Origin: Macrostomum hystrix
Taxonomy: Eukaryota; Animalia; Platyhelminthes
Length of the DNA: 64,000 bases
NCBI GenBank assembly: GCA_950097015.1
Contig: CATNEN010000038.1
Span: 14,446,001 to 14,510,000 of the forward strand
Reading direction: 5' to 3'
Part shown: piece after piece, positions 12,033-25,487 of the stretch
How the letters are laid out: every line of letters begins with the position of its first letter
How positions within the stretch are numbered: the stretch's first letter is position 1
Notes under the pieces: generated by a model
What the model was told of the DNA's origin: nothing
What the model saw: only the letters and a program-made list of their open reading frames with translations
The model's database searches: none
Translations under genes and position numbers: made by a program

Positions 12033-13059
12033 GACTGCGATCTAGTTTAACCAATCGACTGCTTACTCGATGTACTGAGTTTCTTTTATTCTCATGGCCT
12101 AAAATCCCCCCTTAGACTAGTTTTTCATGCTTATGCTCATTAATAATTATTACACAGCTTTCACAATCAGACAGGAGGTTTTATGTAAGATCTATCGGAA
12201 AATAATCGGAGCGTAGTAATAAAAATTTGTGGTTAGTGACAGAACAAATCGCAATGTTCCATTTACCGCAGAACCCATTCAAAAAGCAAGCCAAGTTCGC
12301 TTATCTGGCTTCTAACAGAATTCCGTAAATTAGTTTCTTTACTAAAGTTCAATTTTCTATTACTACAAATACACACACTTTGTTGTTAAAAACCGTATTC
12401 AGAGGTCAGAATCTACGATGAGTTCCTTGGTCCTATTGTAGCTAAGATACACTTTGCACTTTCAGATGACACGCTAGGCAACCAGTTGAAGAATAAGGAT
12501 AGCTTCCTACCTTATTGATCTCGTAACTGCTTGGCTTCTTCTGAGGTGCTTTGAATCGAAGGTTCAATTGAACTGATGCTGTCCTTGTGATGAGGTTAAA
12601 TTAAATGCTTGAGGTCAGAGTTGACCAATCATAGTTGTCATTTGTACTTAGACCATAATTTGAACTTCTCAATGCCCTCGTCAGCGAGTTTTTTTTACGT
12701 ATTCTGACGTATTCGAAATTGCATAGGCCATTTTCAAAGAAACCTTAGATAAGAAGTAATCAGATGGTTTAGCGAGATAAGGGATAGTAAGTCTGTTGGC
12801 TTAGTTAGATGACAGATTGTTAGCCAATTGTGCTAGCTAAAGTGGTAGTTTGAGAGCTGTCGTGGTACTCTATCATTTATTTTCTTATGATATTAGCTAG
12901 CTGATTGTTTATAGTCCGATGGGACAAGGTGGAAATTGCTAGTCAATTTACTTAGCACAGTTAAAGTTTTTTGGTCTACGATTTTAATCTCTACCGCTCT
13001 AAATCTTTCATTAGTGCAGTCAGTTCTGATACCTTAATGATATCAGTCAGTTCGCTACG

Positions 13060-13390
13060 TCCTCCAGTCCAAAGCGCTGCGCGATCGCGGTGGGCAGAAG
13101 GTCGACACCGTCATGCTGTACAAAGTCGAGTCGTGGACGCTGACGGCTTCGCTAGAGTGGCAGCTGAACTCGGCGCATTCGGGGCTGTTCCGCGCGGCCT
13201 TCAGAACTGGTGGAAGAGCGTCGGGAACGAGACCCTGTACGAGAGGGCCCAGCTGCAATGCCCGTCCACCATCTTGCACTGGTGGCGGCTTCAACTGGCG
13301 GGCGACGGGATCCAGAGCTATTGCCTGCTGCCTGTTCAGGACGTCCTGCTGCTCACCATGCAGGGTCCGCTCATCAGGGGACACGCTGGA
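13060..13390 (+). mobile_element. Degenerate non-LTR retrotransposon (LINE, RTE-like) fragment from the C-terminal region after the RT domain
   Basis: GC-rich island translating across frameshifts as LYKVESWTLTASLEWQLNSAHSGLFRAAF...ETLYERAQL..PSTIL...RLQLAG...PVQDVLLLTMQGP, resembling the LLY.aEtWTLT...RLqlaGH region of RTE-type LINEs. Confidence 0.65.
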
Positions 13391-13887
13391 GATACCCTTA
13401 ATCAACAGCCTTATTCCACGTATCTTGCCTTTTACATATTTTATATAAGAAGCCGAGTTTTTAATTTAGGAAAATTATTTTCCAACAGTGCTTTGAGAGT
13501 TGTCTATGTCTATGAAAACCGAGTTCAGACAAGCGAGAGCCCAAATCTGTTCCGAAGAGCTTCTTAGGTTCTCAATGGAAAGAAGTAAACTGAAGTCGGA
13601 GTGTATAAAACTGACAACGCTTCTCGTCCAATGAGAGACAGTGACATGCGAACCTTCCATCGCCACGTCATGCAATGTACCGCAGACAATGTGGAGAGCA
13701 CTTTAGCTTCTATTTTAGTGGCATGCTGGTAGATTTAATCCTGAACCACATCCAAGGACCACAAGTAGCAATTCATTACTTCGTTACAGTCTAGATGTAC
13801 TTGTGAGCACCTTATACGAATGCTTGAGTAGTTCGGAACGCAAATAATCAGAAATATTTGTTTTAACTACTTCGAAGTATAGTTATT

Positions 13888-14125
13888 CGCAGCCGCAGAG
13901 AGAACACTTGGGGGTTCGTCGTGTTTGAGGGCCAACCTCCAAGGCGCCGTGAAAGTGTACACTGCCTGACGATGAGAAAGTCAGGGCAGATGTACACACC
14001 TATGTGAGCGTGTGCCTGCGTACGGTATCCGTGTACATGTGTGCTCAGGAGTCAGCGAAATGAACAGAATTGCCTCCTTGATGGCTGAAGGTTTGGTGTC
14101 ACTAAATGATGCTTCATTGCCTTCC
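13888..14125 (+). mobile_element. SINE family A, 5'-truncated copy
   Basis: Shared body sequence (actgcctgacgatgagaaagtcagggcagatgtacacacc...ctcaggagtcagcgaaat). Confidence 0.8.
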
Positions 14126-14371
14126 AGAAAACATTTTTTTATCAGATAATAGATTTGCTTACTAGTTGGTAGTGCATTGATAAGACACACATCATTTCGT
14201 AAATTCCACATTTCCACATTTTCTGCGTACATAGAAAAAACTAAATCTCCACTCGATTGCATCTTTCAATCCCGATCAGTTCCTATCTCCCCTTCCACCC
14301 ACTCACCAACCCATGAAATTCACAAATAAAACAGAGCAAGTGCCTAACCATCTCTATCGGCTTGTGGAATC

Positions 14372-16143
14372 ATGGGACACGAGGGACCATGCTGCGCTGG
14401 CTGCTCCGAGTGCAGGTGAGGCTTGGTTGCGATGCGCTCTCATTGTACCAGTTCTAATCTGGATGAGACTGCTTCAAACTGTTGTTTGATCTTTCTTTAG
14501 CTACTCCTGTTGCTAATGTACATGCAGTATGTACAGACAGTGACACAACCGCACCTATTGCAATGTGAAAGTTGCGCACAGCTGTTCAGTCCGTGGACTG
14601 TAGGAGACTTCACATACCCACTTTTGTACCCCAGCGGGTTGTAGCCTAGTCGTTAGTGCGTCCGTCGGACTCACGACTTGAAGGTCGGGGGTTCGATTCC
14701 TGACTCCACTGGAACAAATTTGTGTCCATTAGCAATACACTTAACTCTTCATTGCTTCAGTTCACCCAGTTGTTAAATGGGTACCAGCATCATCTGTGGT
14801 AATTGCGGGTGGGTGTGGCATCCCCCAAGTGCATGTACTGAACAGCAGTACGCAGCCTTCAGATACGCTGCGCAATAGCTGCGGCAGTGCTGTCGGCTGC
14901 ACATCTGGCCCGATTGGGGCAGGTGTAATCGATTTCTATTTTTAATAGTTCTTCCCCAGCTAAGGCAAGTTGGTTTAGTTGCACAAAACAGAAGCGATAG
15001 GTAGGCAGGCATTTGAACTCCAGACCTCTGAGTTCCAAGTGCAAAGCTCTATGAATTTGGCTCGTTGAAATTTTCTGGAATGACTATGAAACGCTACTAA
15101 CGCATCACAATGGACCCAAACTCTTGGTGGGTAAGCAGTCCAGGTTACTCAATGTCAGGTCACAGTAGGCGTCCAATGTGGTGCAACGCTTGAAACCAAT
15201 AGATAAAAAAATCAATATCAAATCAATATTAATTGGCAGGACTGTCCGAAATTACCTGAAGTGGAAGACCAGTCCGAACCAGTCGAAGCCCTGCTGCTGT
15301 CTAGCCGTGCGACCGCAGCGGTGCTGCCACGTCAAATGGTGCAGCAAATGCGACAAGAAGATGTAGGATTTACCAACTACATTGTCATCTTCTGTTGGGT
15401 TTTGATGTGATAAATTGTGTATCCACCTGTCAATGAAGTTCATGCTCTGGGCAACACTGCTTCATTGTAAACACTAAGACGGGGTTCAGTGGCAGAGCGG
15501 TCTAACGCGTTTCCCTTTCGCACCAAGGTCCGTGAGTTCGATTCCGCGGCGAGGCCACATTCATTTGGCTTGGGGGCTTGTCGTGCAATTTGCGCCCTTG
15601 AGGGCCAATCTCAATCTCAGATGTACACACCTGTTTGAACTGTACACACCTGTCAGCGTGTGCTCGGGAGTAAGCGAAATAGGCTCGCCTCGCAGGCTGC
15701 GGGTCTAGTGTCACAAAACCATGTGCCATTGCCCCGCAGCCCTCCTGCAATCATTACTACTGATATATTACCCTCAAATCGTAGAAAGTTAATTATATTT
15801 TTCTGCTTTGTTTCTGAGCTTCTGATCTAGGCACGGACTTCTCTAGCATCCAGACTGGAAGGTGCTATAGCTAGAGAAGTCCGTGTTTAAGAACAAAAAA
15901 AGAGTACTATAATTTACAAGATAGAATCGAACTCCGGACCAATTATCATTCGTGTGTTGGAAGTGCTTCTCAAAGACTACTTTTCTGGAACCAGTATTCA
16001 AGCAACAAATAGAATTTAAGAACAAATAGTTTGATTTTTGTGAACTGTTTCTGTCGCGCCTTGAACATTTCAGCCAGAAGGGCTACTGCTGTTGCAAGCA
16101 CTATTACTACAAGAATCATAGCGAAGTCTGCAACCTACTCTGA
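14372..16143 (+). CDS. Cys/His-rich small protein, paralogue B (two modules, 78 aa, C-terminal CaaX CNLL); exons 14372-14415, 15240-15362, 16074-16143: MGHEGPCCAGCSECRTVRNYLKWKTSPNQSKPCCCLAVRPQRCCHVKWCSKCDKKIQKGYCCCKHYYYKNHSEVCNLL
   Basis: GT-AG phase-2 introns (ag|gtgagg, at|gtagga) give a continuous frame with the family Cys pattern. Confidence 0.85.
14634..14945 (+). mobile_element. tRNA-derived SINE family B with a CORE-like central domain
   Basis: Head tgtagcctagtcgttag...ggttcgattcc, body tgtgtccattagcaatacacttaactc...cttcagttcacccagttgttaaatgggtacc. Homologous to 58429-58715 and 63376-63570. Confidence 0.8.
15481..15760 (+). mobile_element. SINE family A, internally deleted copy in intron 2 of paralogue B
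   Basis: gtggcagagcggtctaacgcg...gttcgattccgcggcgaggccacattcattt...gcagccctcctgcaat. Confidence 0.8.
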
Positions 16144-16639
16144 TCTGCTTTGCTATTTCATTGAAAAGCAAGACCTGTCAATCATGACAATCCCGGAAAC
16201 TCACTGTACCAGTGCAGCAAATCGGAAATGATATTTTTCTAGAAGAGCAATTAGTGCGTGCTTATAAATACAAAATATAAATATGAAAGCATTCTTTCGA
16301 AAGTTTACACCGGATGTTCTAACTGGCTACTAACAGTAGTAAAATTTACCACATTTTAATTTCATCCTTGGAATGTGAGAATGAATCAAATATGAGTTTG
16401 ATTTGCGATAGGAGCCTCGCGGTTATGAAAAAGACAGTGTTTTATTGTGGAAACACTTAATTTTCTAGTGCTTCAGTTCACCCCGTGGTAAAGTTCGAAT
16501 GAGTCGCTGCAGAGCAGCCTCACCCACGACAAGACTGATGGCACGATTTCGTGTCATGTAATCACTACCAGTCTTGACTGATGATAATTTAGTCTATGTT
16601 CGTAGACCACACTCGGTTAGATAGCACAAACGGCTTCGA

Positions 16640-17060
16640 GGCGGAACTGGACGCTGTCCGTTTGGATCTCCGAGGTGCTGAACCGGTTGAATTCAGCTGA
16701 CATCTCCAGTGGAATCTATAGGCCAGGGCCACTCAGTGCCAGCAAATGCTGAAAGGGCGCTCAACATCCCGTTGGTCGAGGTTCAGCGTCTCCGCTGGGT
16801 CGTCGGCTGGCGCTCGATGGTGCTGCCCGTCGAGGGGGTGGCAACGACCCTGACGTCGCTGTTGTTGGCGGCCAGCAGCGTGTGTTGGTCGGCTCCCGTT
16901 GTGCAGCTAGCGCCGCCAGCGCAACCGACTGCAGCCGCTCACGCTGCAGAACCTTACTGGCATCGACGCGCCCGATTTCGGTGGTTCGTCCACTGCCTGC
17001 TGGCTGACGCAGGCGCACCGGCCACTGCGGTCAGGCTCTGCCGAGCGTCTTCTGATTTTA
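16640..17060 (+). mobile_element. Degenerate LINE fragment, probably the 3' end of the same family as 13060-13390
   Basis: GC-rich island ending in LTLQ.PYWHRRARFRWFVHCLLADAGAP, which continues the LLLTMQGP...RG motif of the 13.3-kb fragment. Confidence 0.5.
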
Positions 17061-17375
17061 CAGAAGAATTGGCAGTGCAAATTTTTGGTATTTTCGTTGC
17101 TGCTATACTAGGTCCAGTACCATGTTAGAGGTGGTACAACCTTGTAGATTTTTATGTACTGTAAAAATTATTGAATTCTTCGTCTGCTATGATGTTGTAT
17201 CTATTTGGAGCACATCGTTTGTAGCTATTATTACTGCAAAGTTAGAATATTTATGGATTCGCTCCGAGCGCAAAAGGGTTGCAGTGATGAAGAATACTTT
17301 TGGCTTTTAATCTTGACTTCTGCCTGAACGACAAGCCGATTTCTCCTTAGTTTCATTGACTCTTCTGAAATTTAA

Positions 17376-18380
17376 ATGCAGTGCTGTACGGCTTTCTTTT
17401 GCATAAATTGCAAGTAAGTTTAATCATTATTTGTACCTGCATTTTTATGAGCACGTTTTCAGTGCGCTCACACCAGTGGCGTAGCTAGGATTTTTGACGA
17501 GAAGGCCCGCGTTTTTTGCGGGCCACTACTGGGGGACGCTACAACTGGGAGAAGGGGCGCCACAACCACACGGGGGCGCCACTATCACACGGGGGGCGCC
17601 ACTATCACACCGGGGGCGCCACTATCACATGGGGGCGCCAATACCACGGGGGGCGCCACAATCACACGGGGGGCGCCACTATCACATGGGGGGCGCCACT
17701 ATCACACGGGGGCGCCACTATCACACGGGGGCGCCACTACCTCGGGGGGCGACACTATATTGGTACTATGGGGCGCCACTATATTGGTACTATGGGGCGC
17801 CACTATATTGGTACTATGAGGCGCCACTATATTGGTACTATGGGGCACCACTATATTGGTACTATGAGGCGCCACTATATCGGTACGATGGGGCACCACT
17901 ATATTGGTACTATGGGGCACCACTATATTGGTACTATGAGGCGCCACTATATTGGTACTATGGGGCGCCACTATATTGGTACTATGAGGCGCCACTAAAT
18001 TGGTACTATGGGGCACCACTATATTGGTACTTTGAGGCGCCACTATATTGGTACTATGGGGCGCCACTATATTGGTACTATGAGGCGCCACTATATTGGT
18101 ACTATGGGGCGCCACTATATTGGTACTATGAGGCGCCACTAAATTGGTACTATGGGGCGCCACTATATTGGTACTATGGGGCGCCACATACCAAGTTTCT
18201 CGACAATCTAGCGAATTTATTACTGAATTTAAAGCTTTTTGAGTCAATAAAAATCTGTTTTGCAACAGATGGGCCTGGCTTAAAGGCTATTGTTGCTGCC
18301 GACACAGCAGAAGACTTTTCATGTCCATGCATCATGTCATGACAGCTGCCACATTTCTGCTAATTTTATGCTTTGCATAA
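17376..18380 (+). CDS. Cys/His-rich small protein, paralogue C (single module plus hydrophobic tail, 49 aa); exons 17376-17413, 18269-18380: MQCCTAFFCINCKWAWLKGYCCCRHSRRLFMSMHHVMTAATFLLILCFA
   Basis: tgc aa|gtaagt donor, CAACAG acceptor, phase 2. KGYCCCxH is shared with exon 3 of paralogue B. Confidence 0.75.
17560..18186. repeat. GC-rich minisatellite (ggggcgccactatcacac units grading into 24-bp ggggcgccactatattggtactat) in the intron of paralogue C
   Basis: Direct tandem repeats visible in the sequence. Confidence 0.95.
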
Positions 18381-18831
18381 GGCCTTTGGCAAGCATATCC
18401 AGAAACATATTTTGGCCATTCGGCGAGAAAGCAATATTTTAAGATTATGTAGCCCAACCAGTCCATTATTTAATTTTGATTTTCAATAAACCTATATTAT
18501 CATGATCTGATCAGTTTGTTCACAGAGAGGTGCATGCATCTTAGTAACAATATATTGATTTCTGAATCGGTACATAGGATTAAATACAGATGCGGTCGAC
18601 AGCTTTTAAACATTTTTCTTACATGATTTCTAGTCTTGGTTCTGAGTATCTGCACGTTGAACTATATATTAGATTAGCTTTACAATGTAAAGTCCGCAGT
18701 ACATATTTTAATGGTGATTACGCATTAGGTAGTTCCTTTTAGTCCGACATTGATTAGAAAGAGAGCTATAGGGTATTCTCAAATTTGGAGCATATCAAAG
18801 TAATTAACGCTATCAGCTACTGCCACTAGCC

Positions 18832-19956
18832 ATGTCGACAAAATGCTGCTGGAAGAACAGAATGGGAATTCACTGCAAGAATTGTTCGTGAGTAAAACCT
18901 GGGCGACGAAAAAGCTTCCTCTATCCTCTTCCTTAAACACCCAGCAGCTTTCTCTTGACTCTTCAATATCCCATAGAAAAATTCCGCTATCGGTCTTTCA
19001 TTCTGCTACCTATCAGACTGCTCATAAATCGATCCGCTTCCCTAGAAACCTATTGGATTTCTTAGAAACCTTTGGATTTACTAAAAACCCTTGAAATCCT
19101 TAGCAAGTCATTGGGTTTCCTAAGATCCGCTTTCCTGGAAACCGGAAACCCACCCGTTATCCTGGAAACCCAACCGCTTTCCTAGAAACTCGTCCGCTTT
19201 CTTGAAACCCACCCGCTTTTCTGGAAACCGATCCGCTTTCATAGAAACCCACCCGCTTTTCTGGAAACCGATCCGCTTTCATAGAAACCCACCCGCTTTT
19301 CTGGAAACCAATCCGCTTTCCTAAAACCCCATTCGCTTTCCTAGAAACCAATCCGCATTCCTAGAAACCCATTCGCTTTCCTAGAAACCCACCCGATTTC
19401 CTAGAAACCCACCCGCTTTTTGGAAATTCACCCGCTTTCCTAGAAACCCATCCGTTTTCCTAGAAACCCATCCGCTTTTTTTGGAAACCCACCCGCTTTC
19501 CTAGAAACCCACCCGCTTTTTTGGAAATCCACCCGCTTTCCTAGAAACCCATCCGTTTTCCTAGAAACCCAAAGGCTTTCCTTGAAGCCCAATGGCTTCC
19601 CTGGTAACACGTATAAAAAAATCGCTGTCGTCAGAAGAATCGAAGACTACGCTGAACTGCGCGAAGTTCGGGCTCCGTGCTGCTGCAAGCATCCGACCTG
19701 GCTGCATCCATCGGACACAAGTGCCTGCTGCAACAGCTGGAGCTACAGCAGCGGCTGGGTTTGCGAGCTCTGTTGGGAAAAACGATGGTGAGAATGTGTG
19801 CTTTGATTATGAGTCCTAATTAGTCTAGATTACTCATTATATCTCTAAATGAGTTGCCCCCTTGCTTGCAGTTTCGTTGGGCCCAAAGATGACAGGAGTC
19901 GAAAGAACTGGCCAAAATGCTGCTGCAAGCATCACTTCTATCACTACGGAAAGTAG
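18832..19956 (+). CDS. Cys/His-rich small protein, paralogue D (97 aa); exons 18832-18887, 19635-19787, 19872-19956: MSTKCCWKNRMGIHCKNCSRIEDYAELREVRAPCCCKHPTWLHPSDTSACCNSWSYSSGWVCELCWEKRCFVGPKDDRSRKNWPKCCCKHHFYHYGK
   Basis: Donors tc|gtgagt and tg|gtgaga, CAG acceptors, both phase 2, continuous frame. Confidence 0.88.
19030..19572. repeat. ~20-21-bp minisatellite (ctagaaacccacccgctttc) in intron 1 of paralogue D
   Basis: Direct tandem repeats. Confidence 0.9.
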
Positions 19957-20687
19957 ATGTTGAAGATCTCTATGAGACAAGAGAACACAATGGGCATGTG
20001 ATAAAAGCGCATAAAATAACGCAATAAATTTAACTGGTCCCATTTATCAATGAATCTTAATTAAAATCGCACGTAGATTAAGTACCGCTTGAACTATTAT
20101 ATATTGATTTACTCTGAAACTTTTCTATTAGACTAGTCTATATTCAACTTTATTGCCGGTTAATTTTTTAAGTAATAAATGCGAGTCTATTTTCCCTTTT
20201 TTGTTTCGACATATTATTTCACATTTTTCTTATTTCTATAATTTTCTCTTCGCTGGCTATGCTGAACCAGGTAGATCCCCGTTCTATTTTTAGACATGAG
20301 AAATCTAGCCTCTCACTACACAGCGAGTGGAGTTTCTGTTGATCTATTTTTGGAAATGGCGCCAAACACTAATCGGGAAAGAATTAAGTGTCCCATTTTG
20401 GACCATTGTTTTATCGAAGATATTTTCTTATTTACAAACAAATGATTAAGTGTTTAATATTTATCCTAAAAGTTTTACCATAACATTGAGCACGTATGGT
20501 GTGAGCAACGAGATCGACAATTTTGAGGAACGTAGCACCTCAAAGCGTCACCATTCTAAAAAATAAGATGCTAGTAAATAAAAAGTTTTGGCAGTTTTTT
20601 ATGGAAAATATCTTAAAGATATGCGTTGCATTATATTTCCGCGCCTTCCTTAGCTTGCTCAGTGATAACCAGATTGAAAACATCTGA

Positions 20688-20753
20688 ATGACAACTAAGG
20701 GCTGCTATCAGTCTAGGCAATGGGTTGCGTGCCAATAAATGCAGGAATTGCAG
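20688..20753 (+). pseudogene. Pseudogene E of the Cys/His-rich family: frameshifted exon 1 only, exons 2-3 absent
   Basis: The upstream sequence matches paralogue F (cttccttagcttgctcagtgataaccagatt...atgacaact vs cttccttagcttactcggtgattaccagatt...atgtcaact). It ends in tgc agg aat tgc ag|gtaagt but is 66 nt (wrong phase, TAA in the ATG frame). The intron-1 satellite runs straight into the 3' satellite. Confidence 0.75.
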
Positions 20754-20799
20754 GTAAGTAGCCTAATTGCTCGTGGAAGGCTTACCCACAAACGTGACT

Positions 20800-21690
20800 A
20801 GACATCCATATGACCTGACATCCATATGACCTGACATCCATATGACCTGACATCCATATGACCTGACATACATATGACCTGACATCCATATGACCTGACA
20901 TACATATGACCTGACATACATATGACCTGACATCCATATGACCTGACATCCATATGACCTGACATACATATGACCTGACATACATATGACCTGACATCCA
21001 TATGACCTGACATCCATATGACCTGACATACATATGACCTGACATACATATGACCTGACATCCATATGACCTGACATACATATGACCTGACATACATATG
21101 ACCTGACATACATATGACCTGACATCCATATGACCTGACATCCATACGACCTGACATCCATTTGACCTGACATCCATTTGACCTGACATCCCTATGACCT
21201 GACAACCATCTGAACTGACCACCGTTTGACCTGACCACCGTTTGACCTGACCACCGTTTGACCTGACCACCGTTTGACCTGACAACCATTTGACCTGCAA
21301 ACCCTTTGACATGACAATCATTTGACCTGACAACCATTTGACCTGAAAACCATTTGACCTGACAACCATTTGACCTGACAACCATTTGACCTGAAAACCA
21401 TTTGACCTAACAACCATTTCACCTATTTGAGCTGACAACCATTTGACCTGACAACCATTTGACCTGACAACCATTTCACCTATTTGAGCTGACAACCATT
21501 TGACCTGACAACCATTTGACCTGACAACCATTTGACCTGACAACCATTTGACCTGAAAACCATTTGACCTAACAACCATTTCACCTATTTGAGCTGACAA
21601 CCATTTGACCTGACAACCATTTCACCTATTTGAGCTGACAACCATTTGACCTGACAACCATTTCACCTATTTGAGCTGACAACCATTTGA
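20800..21690. repeat. 16-bp minisatellite (gacctgacatccatat grading to gacctgacaaccattt)
   Basis: Direct tandem repeats; the same unit recurs at 24688-24910. Confidence 0.95.
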
Positions 21691-22020
21691 ATTCTTAATC
21701 TAGTTCCGAATTCTTAATACAGTATCAAATCCTTAATCCAGAACCGAATCCTTAATCCAGTACCGAATCCTTAATCCAGTACCGAATCCTTAATCTAGTG
21801 CCGAATCCTTAATCTAGTGCCGAATCCTTAATCTAGTGCCGAATCCTTAATCTAGTGCCGAATCCTTAATCCAGTGCCGAATCCTTAATCTACTACCGAA
21901 TCCCTAATCCACTCCACAATTCTGAATCCTGTCCTGAATCCTTAATCTAGACCTTAATCCATAATCCTGTCCCGAATCTTTAATCTTGTCCCGAATCCTT
22001 AATCATGTCCCGAATCATTA
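21690..22020. repeat. 19-bp minisatellite (gaatccttaatctagtgcc)
   Basis: Direct tandem repeats; related array at 25488-26805. Confidence 0.9.
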
Positions 22021-22307
22021 GTCCTTAATTTGCCTTTACAGTTCGAAAATTGTTTTCTTGAATTGAGAGCCGTGGGCCATTAAGTTTAGTATTCTTTATT
22101 GATTACAGCTTTGAAAAGCAAATATACATATCAACACACTGACGAACTGAAAAATATAATCCCTATGTGGTTAGGGTATGATGGTTCGTGCTTTGCTGGC
22201 TACAAGGTAGATTCCAGTTCTATTTTTAGAAATAAGAAAAATCTCGGTAGTACTCAGTTTTTTAGAATTAGAAATGTAAAATTTTTAGAATTTTTAATAT
22301 TAAGGCG

Positions 22308-24032
22308 CTAGATGCGCCTGATGTTCTGATGTCTGGTAGATGCGCCTGATGTTCTGATGTCTGGTAGATGCGCCTGATGTTCTGATGTCTGGTAGATGTG
22401 TCTAATGTTCTGATATCTGCTAGATGCGCCTGATGTTCTGATGTGTGGTAGATGTGTCTGATGTTCTGATGTGTGGTAGATGTGCCTGATGTTCTGATGT
22501 GTGGTAGATGCGCCTGATGTTCTAATGTGTGGTAGATGCGCCTGATGTTCTGATGTGTGGTAGATGCGCCTGATGTTCTGATGTGTGGTAGAGTCGCCTG
22601 ATGTTCTAATGTGTGGTAGATGCGCCTGATGTTCTGATGTGTGGTAGATGCGCCTGATGTTCTGATGTGTGGTAGATGCGCCTGATGTTCTGATGTGTGG
22701 TAGATGCGCCTGATGTTCTGATGTGTGGTAGATGCGCCTGATGTTCTGATGTGTGGTAGATGCGCCTGATGTTCTGATGTGTGGTAGATGCGCCTGATGT
22801 TCTGATGTGTGGTAGATGCGCCTGATGTTCTGATGTGTGGTAGATGCGCCTGATGTTCTGATGTGTGGTAGATGCGCCTGATGTTCTAATGTGTGGTAGA
22901 TGCGCCTGATGTTCTGATGTGTGGTAGATGCGCCTGATGTTCTAATGTGTGGTAGATGCGCCTGATGTTCTGATGTGTGGTAGATGCGCCTGATGTTCTG
23001 ATGTGTGGTAGATGCGCCTGATGTTCTGATGTGTGGTAGATGCGCCTGATGTTCTGATGTGTGGTAGATGCGCCTGATGTTCTAATGTGTGGTAGATGCG
23101 CCTGATGTTCTGATGTGTGGTAGATGCGCCTGATGTTCTGATGTGTGGTAGATGCGCCTGATGTTCTGATGTGTGGTAGATGCGCCTGATGTTCTGATGT
23201 GTGGTAGATGCGCCTGATGTTCTGATGTGTGGTAGATGCGCCTGATGTTCTAATGTGTGGTAGATGCGCCTGATGTTCTGATGTGTGGTAGATGCGCCTG
23301 ATGTTCTGATGTGTGGTAGATGCGCCTGATGTTCTGATGTGTGGTAGATGCGCCTGATGTTCTAATGTGTGGTAGATGCGCCTGATGTTCTGATGTGTGG
23401 TAGATGCGCCTGATGTTCTAATGTGTGGTAGATGCGCCTGATGTTCTGATGTGTGGTAGATGCGCCTGATGTTCTGATGTGTGGTAGATGCGCCTGATGT
23501 TCTGATGTGTGGTAGATGCGCCTGATGTTCTGATGTGTGGTAGATGCGCCTGATGTTCTAATGTGTGGTAGATGCGCCTGATGTTCTGATGTGTGGTAGA
23601 TGCGCCTGATGTTCTGATGTGTGGTAGATGCGCCTGATGTTCTGATGTGTGGTAGATGCGCCTGATGTTCTGATGTGTGGTAGATGCGCCTGATGTTCTG
23701 ATGTGTGGTAGATGCGCCTGATGTTCTAATGTGTGGTAGATGCGCCTGATGTTCTGATGTGTGGTAGATGCGCCTGATGTTCTGATGTGTGGTAGATGCG
23801 CCTGATGTTCTAATGTGTGGTAGATGCGCCTGATGTTCTGATGTGTGGTAGATGCGCCTGATGTTCTAATGTGTGGTAGATGCGCCTGATGTTCTGATGT
23901 GTGGTAGATGCGCCTGATGTTCTGATGTGTGGTAGATGCGCCTGATGTTCTAATGTGTGGTAGATGCGCCTGATGTTCTGATGTGTGGTAGATGCGCCTG
24001 ATGTTCCAATGTGTGGTAGATGCGCCTGATGT
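22308..24032. repeat. 28-bp minisatellite (tagatgcgcctgatgttctgatgtgtgg)
   Basis: Very homogeneous tandem array; related units at 27130-27562, ~28860-28910 and ~38345-38412. Confidence 0.97.
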
Positions 24033-24563
24033 TTTAGCAATGACTAAAAATATGCTGTTTTAGTGAGGTTATATATATAACAGGGAACAACCCTTCTATA
24101 TGTACGAGTACATTGTAGCTAGATAGTGCACAATTACTAATTACTATCTAGCAAACAAAATAATTATCCAGCAAATCCGTTGCCTAAAGTGAGTGATTCT
24201 TTTTAAAAGCTGAAACGAAATCAAGACCTTTAATATTTTATCGAATGCAAGTTAAATGTACCCTTGTTGACACCTTCATTTTAAAGAAGCAATATATTTT
24301 TTCATTAATTAAAAAACTTTCTAGCGTTACCTAGCAATCTAAAAAGTAAAAACACTGATTTATTAAATATGAATTGGGAGATTCTTGGGGGCTAGGTGTG
24401 AACTTGATCTAAAATGTTAAAGAAGGTAGTGCCTTGAAAGCGTCCGTAGTACCGAGTAAGTTGGGTATTTTTATGCGTGTAATAAGATTTGAGATCAGCG
24501 TTGCAATAAAATTCTACGGCTTCCTTAGCTTACTCGGTGATTACCAGATTTAAAGCATCCACA

Positions 24564-25332
24564 ATGTCAACTGCCTGCTGCAATGATTATTGGTCTTTCT
24601 TAGGCTACGTCTTTTGGCCATGCAGCATGTGCGAGTAAGCAGTCTCATTTCTCAAACAAGACTAACCCTATAATGTGACTACACAGCTATTTGACCTGAC
24701 AACCATTTGACCTGACAACCATTTGACCTGACAACCATCTGACCTGACAACCATCTGACCTGACAACCATCTGACCTGACAACCATTTGACCTGACAACC
24801 ATTTGACCTGCCCACCTTGACCTGACAACCATTTGACCTGACAACCATTTGACCTGACAGCCATTTGACCTGACCACCGTTTGACCTGACAACCATCTGA
24901 CCTGACAATCATAGTATCCGGTATACATTGAGGATTCGACATCCTTAAACCCAAGCCTGCCGTATTTTCTATTTCGCTAAATACGCTGGTAATAACAATG
25001 GACCATTTTACACCTTGCATGTACATCAGATTAGTGAAGTCATTTGCTAATTACTGGAACAGCCATGCTCCACATGAAAGGAGATTCTCGTGCACCTGTT
25101 GCAAACACTTTGCCTTTTTTCTGTCAGCTGATTGCTGTCAGAATGCAGTCAGATGCTCAGCTTGCAAACATTTTAAATGGTGAGAATTGTATTCTAACTG
25201 TTACCTGTTGTTCAAGTACTAAAAAGGTAGCCGCCAAAAATATAGTGAACCATTTGGGTTCATTTCAGTGATCCTGACAAGAAGAGGCCCGACTGCTGCT
25301 GCAAGCACTATTGCATGAGCCACGCCGCCTGA
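24564..25332 (+). CDS. Cys/His-rich small protein, paralogue F (94 aa); exons 24564-24634, 25030-25179, 25269-25332: MSTACCNDYWSFLGYVFWPCSMCELVKSFANYWNSHAPHERRFSCTCCKHFAFFLSADCCQNAVRCSACKHFKCDPDKKRPDCCCKHYCMSHAA
   Basis: Donors ga|gtaagc and tg|gtgaga, acceptors ATCAG and TTTCAG, phase 2, continuous frame. Confidence 0.88.
24688..24910. repeat. 16-bp minisatellite (gacctgacaaccattt) in intron 1 of paralogue F
   Basis: Direct tandem repeats. Confidence 0.92.
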
Positions 25333-25487
25333 AGGCCACTCTATCTTGGCAATGACAAGTTTTACCATGACTGAGATTGACAAGATCGGCAGGCGAATCA
25401 GCGCTGACTGATTATCTCATATTAACCTAAATTATAACTTATCATATACTCCGGACACGATAGCGCCGCTGCGCAAACAGATCATAT

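Noticed and set aside
17494-18342. Long ORFs with YGAPLYWY / GRHYIGTM repeats that look like a structural protein
   Set aside because: Translation of a 24-bp minisatellite that is open in several frames and lies in the intron of paralogue C.
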